Sequence record: NC_061451.1
DNA length: 64,000 nt
Strand: one strand, 5' to 3'
The translations under genes were made by a program, and so were the position numbers. How positions within the stretch are numbered: position 1 is the first letter of the stretch; the number at the start of each line of letters is the position of its first letter. Positions 1 through 8,018 of the stretch are shown here, piece after piece. The notes under the pieces were generated by a model. The model made no database searches, was not told where the DNA came from, and saw only the letters and a program-made list of their open reading frames with translations.

Positions 1-11
1 AAAACGAAAGA

Positions 12-37
12 GGGCAGACACCTTTCGATGCCCACCC
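12..37 (-). terminator. Intrinsic terminator downstream of the 44..625 gene
   Basis: Minus strand GGGTGGGCATC-GAAA-GGTGTCTGCCC (stem with G.U pairs, GNRA loop) followed by TCTTTCGTTTT. Confidence 0.75.
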
Positions 38-43
38 TTTAGA

Positions 44-625
44 TCACACGAGCAGGCGTCCTGCGATAGTGATCGCCACACCGTTAAGCGTAGTATCAGC
101 AGTATCAGGCGCAACGATGCGAAGCTGATCACCAGATACGAGAATGATTTCCTGATCTTGGTAAGCAGCAAGCGGAGCAAATACGCCAGATTTTGAACCA
201 GCACCGAATGAGACGGTACCAAGCTGGATAACAGCCGCAGTTGCAGAGTCATACGCGCTGATCTTAAAAGCAGAAGCAGCGGTAGCAGCAACGTCGGCAG
301 TAGCCAGAGAACCTGCAAAGTTTTTAGTGATAGCTGTTGTGCGCACAGAGAGGAAACGAGAAATCTCCTGGCCACCAGCGTAACGCTTGAGCACGTTCAT
401 GCCCAAGTCGTATGGGTTGTATGATTGTAGTTGATTAACCCACTTTGCTCGCACTTGGCTATACACGTATAAGCCAGGCTGGTTAGCACCAGACACAGCA
501 GTCAGGTTCCACACGCGGCCGTTAGTCGGGCTAGCAGGGAAAGTTGGGCCAGAAGAATTGGGATCACCTGGGGCGCGAACAATCTGAGAGTTCACACCTG
601 CAAGCTGTAGACCGTAAGATAACAT
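44..625 (-). CDS. Virion fibre/appendage-associated protein
   Basis: 193-aa ORF with AGGAG RBS, last gene of the fibre cluster; small-residue-rich beta-type C-terminal domain like those of phage fibre proteins. Confidence 0.6.
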   Translation of the reverse strand: MLSYGLQLAGVNSQIVRAPGDPNSSGPTFPASPTNGRVWNLTAVSGANQPGLYVYSQVRAKWVNQLQSYNPYDLGMNVLKRYAGGQEISRFLSVRTTAITKNFAGSLATADVAATAASAFKISAYDSATAAVIQLGTVSFGAGSKSGVFAPLAAYQDQEIILVSGDQLRIVAPDTADTTLNGVAITIAGRLLV

Positions 626-636
626 CAGTATTCTCC

Positions 637-858
637 TTAGGCGATTCGCACTTCACCAGTCACCGCGTACGGGAAGGTAATCTTAACAGTGTCCGAGTCA
701 ACGATGACTACATCCAGCGGCAGCACTTGATGTAGCTTACCATCAGGTTGCATAGTGCATGTAGTCACGGCGACAGGACGCCCGAAGTTGTGCAGAATCG
801 TCCATTCAGAAGCAGGCGTGTCTTGCTTGAAGCTACGCCCCATCGAATAGTTGAGCAT
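637..858 (-). CDS. Small virion protein made of one 'W-x-I-x-H-N-x-G' beta-domain
   Basis: WTILHNFGRPVAV...VKITFPYAVTGEVRI matches repeats in 880..1476, 1540..3159 and 5687..6511. Confidence 0.65.
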   Translation of the reverse strand: MLNYSMGRSFKQDTPASEWTILHNFGRPVAVTTCTMQPDGKLHQVLPLDVVIVDSDTVKITFPYAVTGEVRIA

Positions 859-879
859 AAGAGCCTCGCGATTGTGGCG

Positions 880-1476
880 TTAGTACAGGATTACAGTGCC
901 AGACTCAGGATTGTCGAAGGTAATCGTCAACTGGCTGGTGCTGTCATGCACGATAGACTTAGGCTGCACTTCATTCGCACCTTGATAGATACGCACCGCA
1001 GGGTTATAACCGAGATTATGCACAACAACCCACGTAGCCAGATTCTCGTAAGATGCAGTGAATGCAACGGTAGGAGTAGGCAGACCTGACTCAACGCCAG
1101 ACAACAGTACCGCAGTACCGGCCACAGCAGAAGGGAAGAGGACAACGATGTTGTTAGCATCATCAGCGTGAATTGAAGATGGCTGCACCACGTCACCATT
1201 CTCATCGTAGCACTGTACGATAGGCGTAGCGGTATTCATCTTGTGGTTAATCTCCCAACGAGACGAGGCAGTAGGTTGCGAGTAGCGAACCATAGTCATC
1301 TGTTGAGTTAATGGAACCCAGACAGGAACATCTTCGATAGACACGCAGAACATCAGACGCTTGTCCATGAAGATAGCCATACCAGGCTTAGGGTTAAGAG
1401 GCCAGTCAGTCGCTACGTCAAACGCGAAGTTAGCAAGTGAGCCAAACTCTAAATCAAGAGTCCCTAGGACTTTCAT
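880..1476 (-). CDS. Virion protein with two 'H-x-L/M-G/N' beta-domains
   Basis: WEINHKMNTATPIVQCYDENG and WVVVHNLGYNPAVRIYQGAN repeats; RBS AGGAG. Confidence 0.7.
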   Translation of the reverse strand: MKVLGTLDLEFGSLANFAFDVATDWPLNPKPGMAIFMDKRLMFCVSIEDVPVWVPLTQQMTMVRYSQPTASSRWEINHKMNTATPIVQCYDENGDVVQPSSIHADDANNIVVLFPSAVAGTAVLLSGVESGLPTPTVAFTASYENLATWVVVHNLGYNPAVRIYQGANEVQPKSIVHDSTSQLTITFDNPESGTVILY

Positions 1477-1496
1477 AAATCTTTCTCCTGAGAGGT

Positions 1497-1526
1497 AAAA
1501 GGGGCAGGCAGAAGCCCACCCCTTTT
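1497..1526 (-). terminator. Intrinsic terminator after 1540..3159 (possibly bidirectional)
   Basis: AAAA-GGGGCAGGC-AGAA-GCCCACCCC-TTTT on the + strand, T-tract on both strands. Confidence 0.75.
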
Positions 1527-1539
1527 GTATGTGTCGTTA

Positions 1540-3159
1540 TTACTCAGCCGGAGTGTAAGCGTTCGCACCAGTAACGAATGCGATTGCAACTTTCTTCTCG
1601 GTGGTCAGTTCAACACGCAGCGTGTTAGCGTCAACAAACACGACCTCATCAGGGATGATCTGATAGCCGGTATCATCAACGACGGTAACGGTACCGTATT
1701 TGACGCCTGCATTGTGTGCGAAGGTGTGAGTAGTGTTAGCCACGTCACCGCTTGCAGTTTTGTCGTACTGGTACAGCTTAGCAGCAGAACCGCTTGAGCC
1801 AGCAGCAATCGCATCGTCAACATATTTCTTGCTGACAACAGACTCATCAACCAGCGCTTCGGTGCCGGTCAGAGTAAGGGCTTCGACAGCGCCGCCTTCA
1901 CCAGCGATGAAACCAGCGCTTTTTAAGGCGTCTTGGTCCACGATGATTTTGCTGTTGGTAGTGTCCTGTTTCAGGCCAGTACCCAGAGCAGCGCCTGCAA
2001 TCTGCGCATAACCAACGCCACCATCAGTGATTGCCAGACCATCAGCAGTACGTGACAGAGTAGCGCCGTCCAGTTTAACGCGAGTAGCACCAGCGTTATC
2101 TTCCAGGCCACCAGCAGCGTCCAGCTTAGCAGTAACAGCGTTGCTAGTGATTTCGATACCAGCGCCAGTAACCACGTTAACGACGTTCGAAACTTTCTCC
2201 AAACCATTGCCTGGGTTGAAGTCAGAAGCGCCGCCGAAGGTAGTCCACTGAGTAGCGTCGAAGCGACGGTATTCTTTGATGCTCTTAACCCACGTTACAG
2301 CGCCACCAGCTTCGCTATCAGCAGGGTTGAAGACAACAACGAACGCAGTGCCATTGTAACGCACGATAGCGTTATCAACCAGGCCGCTGATAGTACCGAA
2401 GTTCGGGTTAACAGTGTCTGCATCGAGGATGATGTACTGCTTGCCGTTTTCCAGCACAGGGTCAAGGGTGCCGTCAGTCTGAATGTCATCAGAATCGTGC
2501 AGCCAATCGATACCAGCGATAGCGTTGTCAATGTCGATCTTACGAGCGGCATCGTTCGCGTTTGCAGGCGCGGCCAGGTTGGTGATGGTGTTACCGTCAG
2601 CGTTCAGGTCACCAGTCAGAACACCAGCGCCTGCGTCCAGCTTACCTGCCAGAGCAGTTTCGTTGGCGTCAGATTTGTTCTTGACTGCGGTGATCTGAGT
2701 CTGGATAGAAGAGGTAGCACCCTTCAAATAACCCAGTTCAGTTGCAGTAACATCGCTGGTTTCCAGAGTGCTGTCAGCGCCTGCAAACACAACGGCGTTT
2801 TCAGTCAGGCCAGACAGTTTATCCTGCTTGCCGCTGATAACTGTTTCAACGTGCTTCTTACTGACAGCAGCGTTATCTTCTGACGCGCTCTGGTCTGGAC
2901 CAGACAGCAGCAGATCGGCAGTCATGGCTACGGTACCGTCAGCGAGGATAACACCCTCTACAGAACCACCGCCTTCACCCAGCTCTTTGATTGCCGTACC
3001 GTCGAAGTATTTATACTTCTTGTCTGTGGTGTTATACCACATGCGCCCTTCCTGTGCGGCAACCAAGTCACCTACAGCAGGGTCAGCGGCAAGTTGTTCC
3101 GGGCGGAAGTTCTTGAGCTGGGCACCTAACATCAGTTCAATATTACCAGTACGCATCAT
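1540..3159 (-). CDS. Tail fibre/whisker-like structural protein
   Basis: 539 aa, Ala/Gly/Asp-rich fibre-type repeats (ANANDAARKIDID, GLEK...VVTGAGIEIT), coiled-coil segment, C-terminal HTFAHNAG domain. Confidence 0.7.
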   Translation of the reverse strand: MMRTGNIELMLGAQLKNFRPEQLAADPAVGDLVAAQEGRMWYNTTDKKYKYFDGTAIKELGEGGGSVEGVILADGTVAMTADLLLSGPDQSASEDNAAVSKKHVETVISGKQDKLSGLTENAVVFAGADSTLETSDVTATELGYLKGATSSIQTQITAVKNKSDANETALAGKLDAGAGVLTGDLNADGNTITNLAAPANANDAARKIDIDNAIAGIDWLHDSDDIQTDGTLDPVLENGKQYIILDADTVNPNFGTISGLVDNAIVRYNGTAFVVVFNPADSEAGGAVTWVKSIKEYRRFDATQWTTFGGASDFNPGNGLEKVSNVVNVVTGAGIEITSNAVTAKLDAAGGLEDNAGATRVKLDGATLSRTADGLAITDGGVGYAQIAGAALGTGLKQDTTNSKIIVDQDALKSAGFIAGEGGAVEALTLTGTEALVDESVVSKKYVDDAIAAGSSGSAAKLYQYDKTASGDVANTTHTFAHNAGVKYGTVTVVDDTGYQIIPDEVVFVDANTLRVELTTEKKVAIAFVTGANAYTPAE

Positions 3160-3180
3160 GTTCTCCTAGTGCGTGGGGGA

Positions 3181-3924
3181 TTAGAAAAACTGACCGTCAC
3201 ATTCACCAAGACTGCAACGCAGTTCCTGGTATGCAGCGATCCGTTGTTCAATTACATTAATAAACTTGTCATCAATATCATACTTCACACGAAGCGGAGC
3301 ATCATATCCTTCTAAGAGGCCGTGACGTCGATACGCATCTGCACGGAGCAGCGGTGCGCTAACGTGAGCACGTTCCATAATGCTTAAATCTATCTTATCG
3401 GCATAGATGAACGGCCGCTCTCGTTTACACAGAAGGTAATCGATCTCGTGTAAATTAAAGAGTGTGAAATTCATATAGCCAATAATGAACTCCGCAATCA
3501 AACGAAAACTATCTGCCATATCTGCACTCAGATTGTGAGCGAGTATGGGTTCTATGTGTGGTTGCAGTTCAGTACGCATGTCGTACCAAGCTTCACACAG
3601 AACAGCAGGGAAGTCTTCAGGGTGAGCGGCCATAAGACCCATCACCCCTTTCTCCATATCTGCGAATGAGCTTAAAAGATTAGCGGTATCTTCAGGTGTT
3701 TCAATACCGCGACCCGTTGAAATGAACTGGCATTCAATTTCTCTCAACCAAGACTCGGACGCAGATAGGTATTGGAGAAGTGTCTCCCGCGCGCCAGCCG
3801 AAAACTCATGTCGGTCAGACTCAAGAGCCTGGTCCAACAAGAAGGCTTTAGCTTTGTAGAAGTCACTATAGCGTTCAGCGGTAAAGCGGCGGAACGCTAT
3901 ATTATTTCTCAAATAGCCTATCAT
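3181..3924 (-). CDS. Hypothetical alpha-helical soluble protein
   Basis: 247-aa ORF coupled to the upstream gene by an ATGA overlap; no motif recognised. Confidence 0.6.
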   Translation of the reverse strand: MIGYLRNNIAFRRFTAERYSDFYKAKAFLLDQALESDRHEFSAGARETLLQYLSASESWLREIECQFISTGRGIETPEDTANLLSSFADMEKGVMGLMAAHPEDFPAVLCEAWYDMRTELQPHIEPILAHNLSADMADSFRLIAEFIIGYMNFTLFNLHEIDYLLCKRERPFIYADKIDLSIMERAHVSAPLLRADAYRRHGLLEGYDAPLRVKYDIDDKFINVIEQRIAAYQELRCSLGECDGQFF

Positions 3925-4424
3925 CGCAATTTCCTCAGATCATTCGACTCCGAAGCGCCTAAGCCGGGCGGAGCCGTATACAACGAACTGGAGAGGCTCT
4001 GCAATCTTAGCCCTAGCTTCTCTAGCTCATGTTGATTACCATCAAGACGGCCTAACACTTCACGCATTAGGTCAACTGACTCCTGATGGTCACGGGACTG
4101 CTGTGATATAATCCGCTCAAACCGCTGAACTGCTCGAAGAACTGAGTTCAATCCCTCTTTAAGATCTATATTGTCGACCTGCGTGGTTTCCGAAAACTCA
4201 TTAAGGGCTTTGAGGACCTGCGCTAGTTCTGCTTCTAGTGACTCACCATCGAGCACTACGGGATTTGCTTCTAACTCGGCTAACTTCTCTTTGACCCGTT
4301 CATAGTCCTGCATGTCGGGAATGACTTTCCACCAGTAAAAGCCAGCTCCTGCAATGAGAAGAACTACTGACAGGACAGTTGCGAAGTTGGACGCAAGCAC
4401 TTGTCCTAGTATTTCAGCCCACAT
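3921..4424 (-). CDS. Membrane-anchored coiled-coil protein
   Basis: N-terminal hydrophobic helix (FATVLSVVLLIAGAGFYWW) followed by a heptad-rich region. Confidence 0.65.
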   Translation of the reverse strand: MWAEILGQVLASNFATVLSVVLLIAGAGFYWWKVIPDMQDYERVKEKLAELEANPVVLDGESLEAELAQVLKALNEFSETTQVDNIDLKEGLNSVLRAVQRFERIISQQSRDHQESVDLMREVLGRLDGNQHELEKLGLRLQSLSSSLYTAPPGLGASESNDLRKLR

Positions 4425-4429
4425 TTCTT

Positions 4430-4714
4430 CTAACCCTTACAGGCTCGGTCATTGAGTTCGATAATAACTCGCTGTGCGCCTGGTTCGTTTACATCAGTGG
4501 TTTTATACGTGTGCGCCATCTTTGGCTTGAACTCTAAGCAGCTCTGTCCATATCGTCCGTCAACGACGCAGATAGCAGACAGGCAGCTCACATCTTCCTT
4601 GAGGATTCTCGATTCAGGATCTGGGTTGACACTTCTAACGGCCGTGACAATAAGCGACACAAAGGCCAAGGCAATGCCAACCAAAATCACAATCTTGATT
4701 TTCCCGGCGTTCAT
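4430..4714 (-). CDS. Small single-pass membrane protein with Cys-containing C-terminal domain
   Basis: KIKIVILVGIALAFVSLIVTAV transmembrane segment, then CLSAIC...C and a further Cys; candidate late promoter 31 nt upstream. Confidence 0.65.
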   Translation of the reverse strand: MNAGKIKIVILVGIALAFVSLIVTAVRSVNPDPESRILKEDVSCLSAICVVDGRYGQSCLEFKPKMAHTYKTTDVNEPGAQRVIIELNDRACKG

Positions 4715-4745
4715 TTCGCTCTATCCAGTTGAATTTTGATAGGAG

Positions 4746-4753
4746 AAATTAGC
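4746..4753 (-). promoter_or_regulatory. Candidate late promoter GCTAATTT
   Basis: Exact motif 31 nt upstream of the 4714 start; recurs upstream of other structural genes. Confidence 0.55.
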
Positions 4754-4775
4754 GACCGCGCAGATCCTAAACGGG

Positions 4776-5813
4776 TTATTCATCCAATACTCCACTTATA
4801 TCTTGGAACATGTTTTTATACACGAGGCTACCTCCAAGTTTGTCCAGTCGTTCAATCGAAACATACATGTGCGGTTCTGTATTCACCTGTGCCCACTTGT
4901 TGTCTGTACTCAGGTTTTCCAAAGAAGGAATAAGAACGATGCTCAAGTTATCAGAAGCCCTAACGAAAGCCACATCGATATGATTCTTATTGATTCGAAT
5001 GATGTATCGGTTGATTGCGTCCAAACCAACCGTGCGATTGAACTCTACATCACTGACTGTATTCACCAAACTAATAAGGAAGCCTTTCGAGCGACTGTTT
5101 ATGTCGAACAGCGAACTCTTCAACTCAGAGAGGGTAGTAGCCGAGAAGTGTTGAACATCATGGCCCTTGCCTCTTAGACACTCACCCAAGATGCGACTCG
5201 ATTCAATGTGCGCGGTGTTGTCATCACGCATGATATAAATCGGTGCACCTCTGTTGTATGTGCGCTCGGTAATCTGCTGTATCAGGTCGCATGTAGGCTC
5301 CGTAACAGTAGACAGGCCTTTATACGCAATAACAAACTTGTCCTTGTACAGGTCGTAAATCTCAGGCGGCATGTACTTCATGTAATCATCATCAAGGCTC
5401 AAAATCAATCGAGGCTTAACGAGAGGAATCACAAGCTGCACAGACCGCAGAGCGTCCTTGTACTCCGTGTCCGATAGCACACGGTTTATAGGTAGGTACT
5501 GCACAGTCACATACGGGTCAGAGCCTGTATCGACGATAGAGCGAACGGCTGTGCTGCCTACATTAGGACCTGCGGAGAACTGAGTGATAATCATCAAACT
5601 GTTTTGGCCTAAGCCACCGCCACCAGCAACTGTAGTAGCACTACCATCTGCATTCTGGACTGTCTTAGAGCGCGTCAGCGTTGGCGCTACTCGGTCGTCT
5701 CGTCCGTTATCGGCATATACATTAACTGCGCAACACCAGAGACAGCTTCCAAGAACGTAAGCAGCAATACGTTGTCGGGATCTGCGTCTGCCGGGTTGAC
5801 GGTGTCCGGCCAT
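4776..5813 (-). CDS. Putative exported (periplasmic) protein, possibly alpha/beta binding-protein-like fold
   Basis: AAGGAG RBS 7 nt before the ATG at 5813; signal-peptide-like N-terminus (RRRSRQR-IAAYVLGSCLWCCAV-NVYA/D); alternating strand/helix pattern; fold call is tentative. Confidence 0.55.
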   Translation of the reverse strand: MAGHRQPGRRRSRQRIAAYVLGSCLWCCAVNVYADNGRDDRVAPTLTRSKTVQNADGSATTVAGGGGLGQNSLMIITQFSAGPNVGSTAVRSIVDTGSDPYVTVQYLPINRVLSDTEYKDALRSVQLVIPLVKPRLILSLDDDYMKYMPPEIYDLYKDKFVIAYKGLSTVTEPTCDLIQQITERTYNRGAPIYIMRDDNTAHIESSRILGECLRGKGHDVQHFSATTLSELKSSLFDINSRSKGFLISLVNTVSDVEFNRTVGLDAINRYIIRINKNHIDVAFVRASDNLSIVLIPSLENLSTDNKWAQVNTEPHMYVSIERLDKLGGSLVYKNMFQDISGVLDE

Positions 5814-6511
5814 AATACTTCTCCTTTCTCGTCAGTGACATAAGGAATACCGGCGCCTTTACCCAATCCATGACGTAAGGCCCATACGGTGTCGGCATTC
5901 TCTTGAACGAACACAAGACCATGCACCTGTGCTTTATCCCCTGTCTGCTCAAGCGCTGTCACACGACTATCGAGTAACTGCGTTTGCGATTGGAGAGCAC
6001 GAATCGATGCAAGGTTGGAGTTAACACGCGTGTTCATATTGTTGAACATGGTGAAGAAGCTGTTGTTCATCGCAGTACGGACGCTGTCCGTGTACGACTT
6101 AGGAATCAGCTCATTGCTGTCAAACGTTGTTGCGCCCGGTCGAACGAATACCTTACCTTGAAGTGTACCGCCGCTCGCACTGATAATCTGAGGTGCAGGC
6201 AGATCAGCTGCATCCCAAGTCTGAACAGTGTTCATCACAGTAGCGTAGTCCGTTTCCTCCTGCCACGTATTCTTGTACGGGCTGGTGGCTGTTTTAGACT
6301 TGCGGCGTAACACTTTCTTGTAGCTGGCGTTGGCACCATCAGCAATGATCCAGAGACCGTTCAGAGGGAATGTATGCGTAACAGGTTCAGCAAACGCCAG
6401 TATGATAATGACGTCCGCTCCTACCTTATACACAATATCATTCGACGCCGAAAGTCCCTGCTGTTGCGCAAGGCTTACGAGCGTGTCCACATAGTTAGTC
6501 AACTGGCTCAT
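5687..6511 (-). CDS. Virion protein with coiled coil and C-terminal 'WALRHGLG' beta-domain
   Basis: 274 aa; NMNTRVNSNLASIRALQSQTQLLDSRVTALE coiled coil; C-terminal domain paralogous to 637..858. Confidence 0.7.
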   Translation of the reverse strand: MSQLTNYVDTLVSLAQQQGLSASNDIVYKVGADVIIILAFAEPVTHTFPLNGLWIIADGANASYKKVLRRKSKTATSPYKNTWQEETDYATVMNTVQTWDAADLPAPQIISASGGTLQGKVFVRPGATTFDSNELIPKSYTDSVRTAMNNSFFTMFNNMNTRVNSNLASIRALQSQTQLLDSRVTALEQTGDKAQVHGLVFVQENADTVWALRHGLGKGAGIPYVTDEKGEVLWPDTVNPADADPDNVLLLTFLEAVSGVAQLMYMPITDETTE

Positions 6512-6971
6512 CCGAAACTCCTAAGGTTTTTAGAATTGAAGAACTTCTATCGGAGAAGGCTTTTGCAATTGACAGAGCAGCAGCCTTATCGATAACGATT
6601 GTGCTGATAACGCCTTTGGTGTTGCATACGATTGTTTGAGGAGCGTAGTCAACACAAGCTAAGGCGAATAGCAGATGATTACCGAGTTCACCGCTGATAC
6701 AAACGTCTACGTCGAGGTCAGGCACGTAAACGTTCTGGTTAATCTCAGAAATAAACTGCGCCAGCGCAACGGGATCAAACTTAGGAGGCGCTGTATCGTA
6801 TTCCGCAATCAAGTCAATCTGTTTGGTTGCGGGATCGTATTCAAATGCGTTAATGTCCGAGATGATACGACCAAAGAGTTCGTTGCTTACTTCAATGCAA
6901 TACTCATCAGACTTCTCACGGACGCGACCAACTACCTTGTTAGTCGCTGGGTTGATACGAATGATTGGCAT
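6495..6971 (-). CDS. Hypothetical protein, possible fibre assembly chaperone
   Basis: 158-aa ORF directly downstream of a collagen fibre gene; function inferred from position only. Confidence 0.5.
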   Translation of the reverse strand: MPIIRINPATNKVVGRVREKSDEYCIEVSNELFGRIISDINAFEYDPATKQIDLIAEYDTAPPKFDPVALAQFISEINQNVYVPDLDVDVCISGELGNHLLFALACVDYAPQTIVCNTKGVISTIVIDKAAALSIAKAFSDRSSSILKTLGVSDEPVD

Positions 6972-6973
6972 AA

Positions 6974-7795
6974 TTAGTCGCCCTCTGCACTATACCAGAA
7001 GTCCCAGCCGACAACGTTTGTGCCAGTAGACTTAATGGTGAAGCCACCCAACAGGGCGTTCTCGTTCATCGCACTTGTACCATCCAGATTATATAGCTGG
7101 AAGGTCCGAGATTGATTGGTTGCAGTATTGACGAACGTGATTTGCACAGACACACAGCGGTTGATGAACGGGCTGTTGAAGATAACGTTAATCGTATCAG
7201 TAGTGGATGTATTCACCACACGACCAAAGTTCTTCGTGTAACCAGTGTTCAGATCGCGGTCGCTACCAATCCATGCGTTAGGAATAGGCTGACCTGTGAT
7301 AGGGTCAAGCGCTTGTGCTACGAGATACTCATTGATAGCAGCATCACGTCCTGCATTACCAGTAGGACCAGTTGGGCCTGTAGGACCCACACCACCTGTG
7401 TTACCTGTAGCGCCGACAGGCCCTGTGTTACCAGTAGGACCTTGACGGCCACGCTGACCACGAGGGCCAGGACAACCGTCTTCACCATCAGCACCATCAC
7501 GACCATCAGCACCAGGCAGGCCACGTAGACCGTCTTTACCCTGCTTACCTTCCTTGCCTGACTTCAACTGGTCAGCAGTAGGCAGGCCAGGCACTGTGCT
7601 CTGACTACCGTCTGGCCATACAATAGTAAGCGTACCACTCACTGGGTCGAACTGTACGCCTTGTGATCCCGGAATGTTAGCTGCCTCTGTCGGGTCAATA
7701 AACGCAACAGAGTTCAGCGTTTGTTTGCCGAGAACTTTACCGACAGGAAATGCACCGCCATCGATTAGTCCCGGACTTATTTTCTGCAAAGACAT
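6974..7795 (-). CDS. Collagen-like fibre protein
   Basis: Gly-X-Y run (GKEGKQGKDG...GPTGPTGNAG) after an 'FDPVSGTLTIVWPDG...GLPT' domain; C-terminal beta domain. Confidence 0.85.
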   Translation of the reverse strand: MSLQKISPGLIDGGAFPVGKVLGKQTLNSVAFIDPTEAANIPGSQGVQFDPVSGTLTIVWPDGSQSTVPGLPTADQLKSGKEGKQGKDGLRGLPGADGRDGADGEDGCPGPRGQRGRQGPTGNTGPVGATGNTGGVGPTGPTGPTGNAGRDAAINEYLVAQALDPITGQPIPNAWIGSDRDLNTGYTKNFGRVVNTSTTDTINVIFNSPFINRCVSVQITFVNTATNQSRTFQLYNLDGTSAMNENALLGGFTIKSTGTNVVGWDFWYSAEGD

Positions 7796-7805
7796 GGGCT
7801 AGCTC

Positions 7806-8009
7806 CTAACCAGTCAGTGTTGTCCAATCAGGTTGGCCTGATTGACCCGCTTCGGGATTCTTAACTTTCGTGTTGTTGATTGTCATACGAATCCAACGCA
7901 CAGTACCGTCAGAATCCTGCCAGCGAATCTTCGTTCCACCGTATGCTAAATTAGCTACCCATCTGTCTCTGCTAGGGTCTTTGAAAGCAAGACGTGCATA
8001 AGCAGGCAT
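7806..8009 (-). CDS. Small fibre adaptor-like protein
   Basis: 67 aa, resembles the N-terminus of 10936..12957 (R.R/K.....W.....T.+.+...DG...W). Confidence 0.55.
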   Translation of the reverse strand: MPAYARLAFKDPSRDRWVANLAYGGTKIRWQDSDGTVRWIRMTINNTKVKNPEAGQSGQPDWTTLTG

Positions 8010-8018
8010 AAGTTCTCC

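Noticed and set aside
7948-7955. GCTAATTT copy inside 7806..8009
   Set aside because: Intragenic and about 150 nt from the next start, so not listed as a promoter; it could be a chance match or an internal promoter
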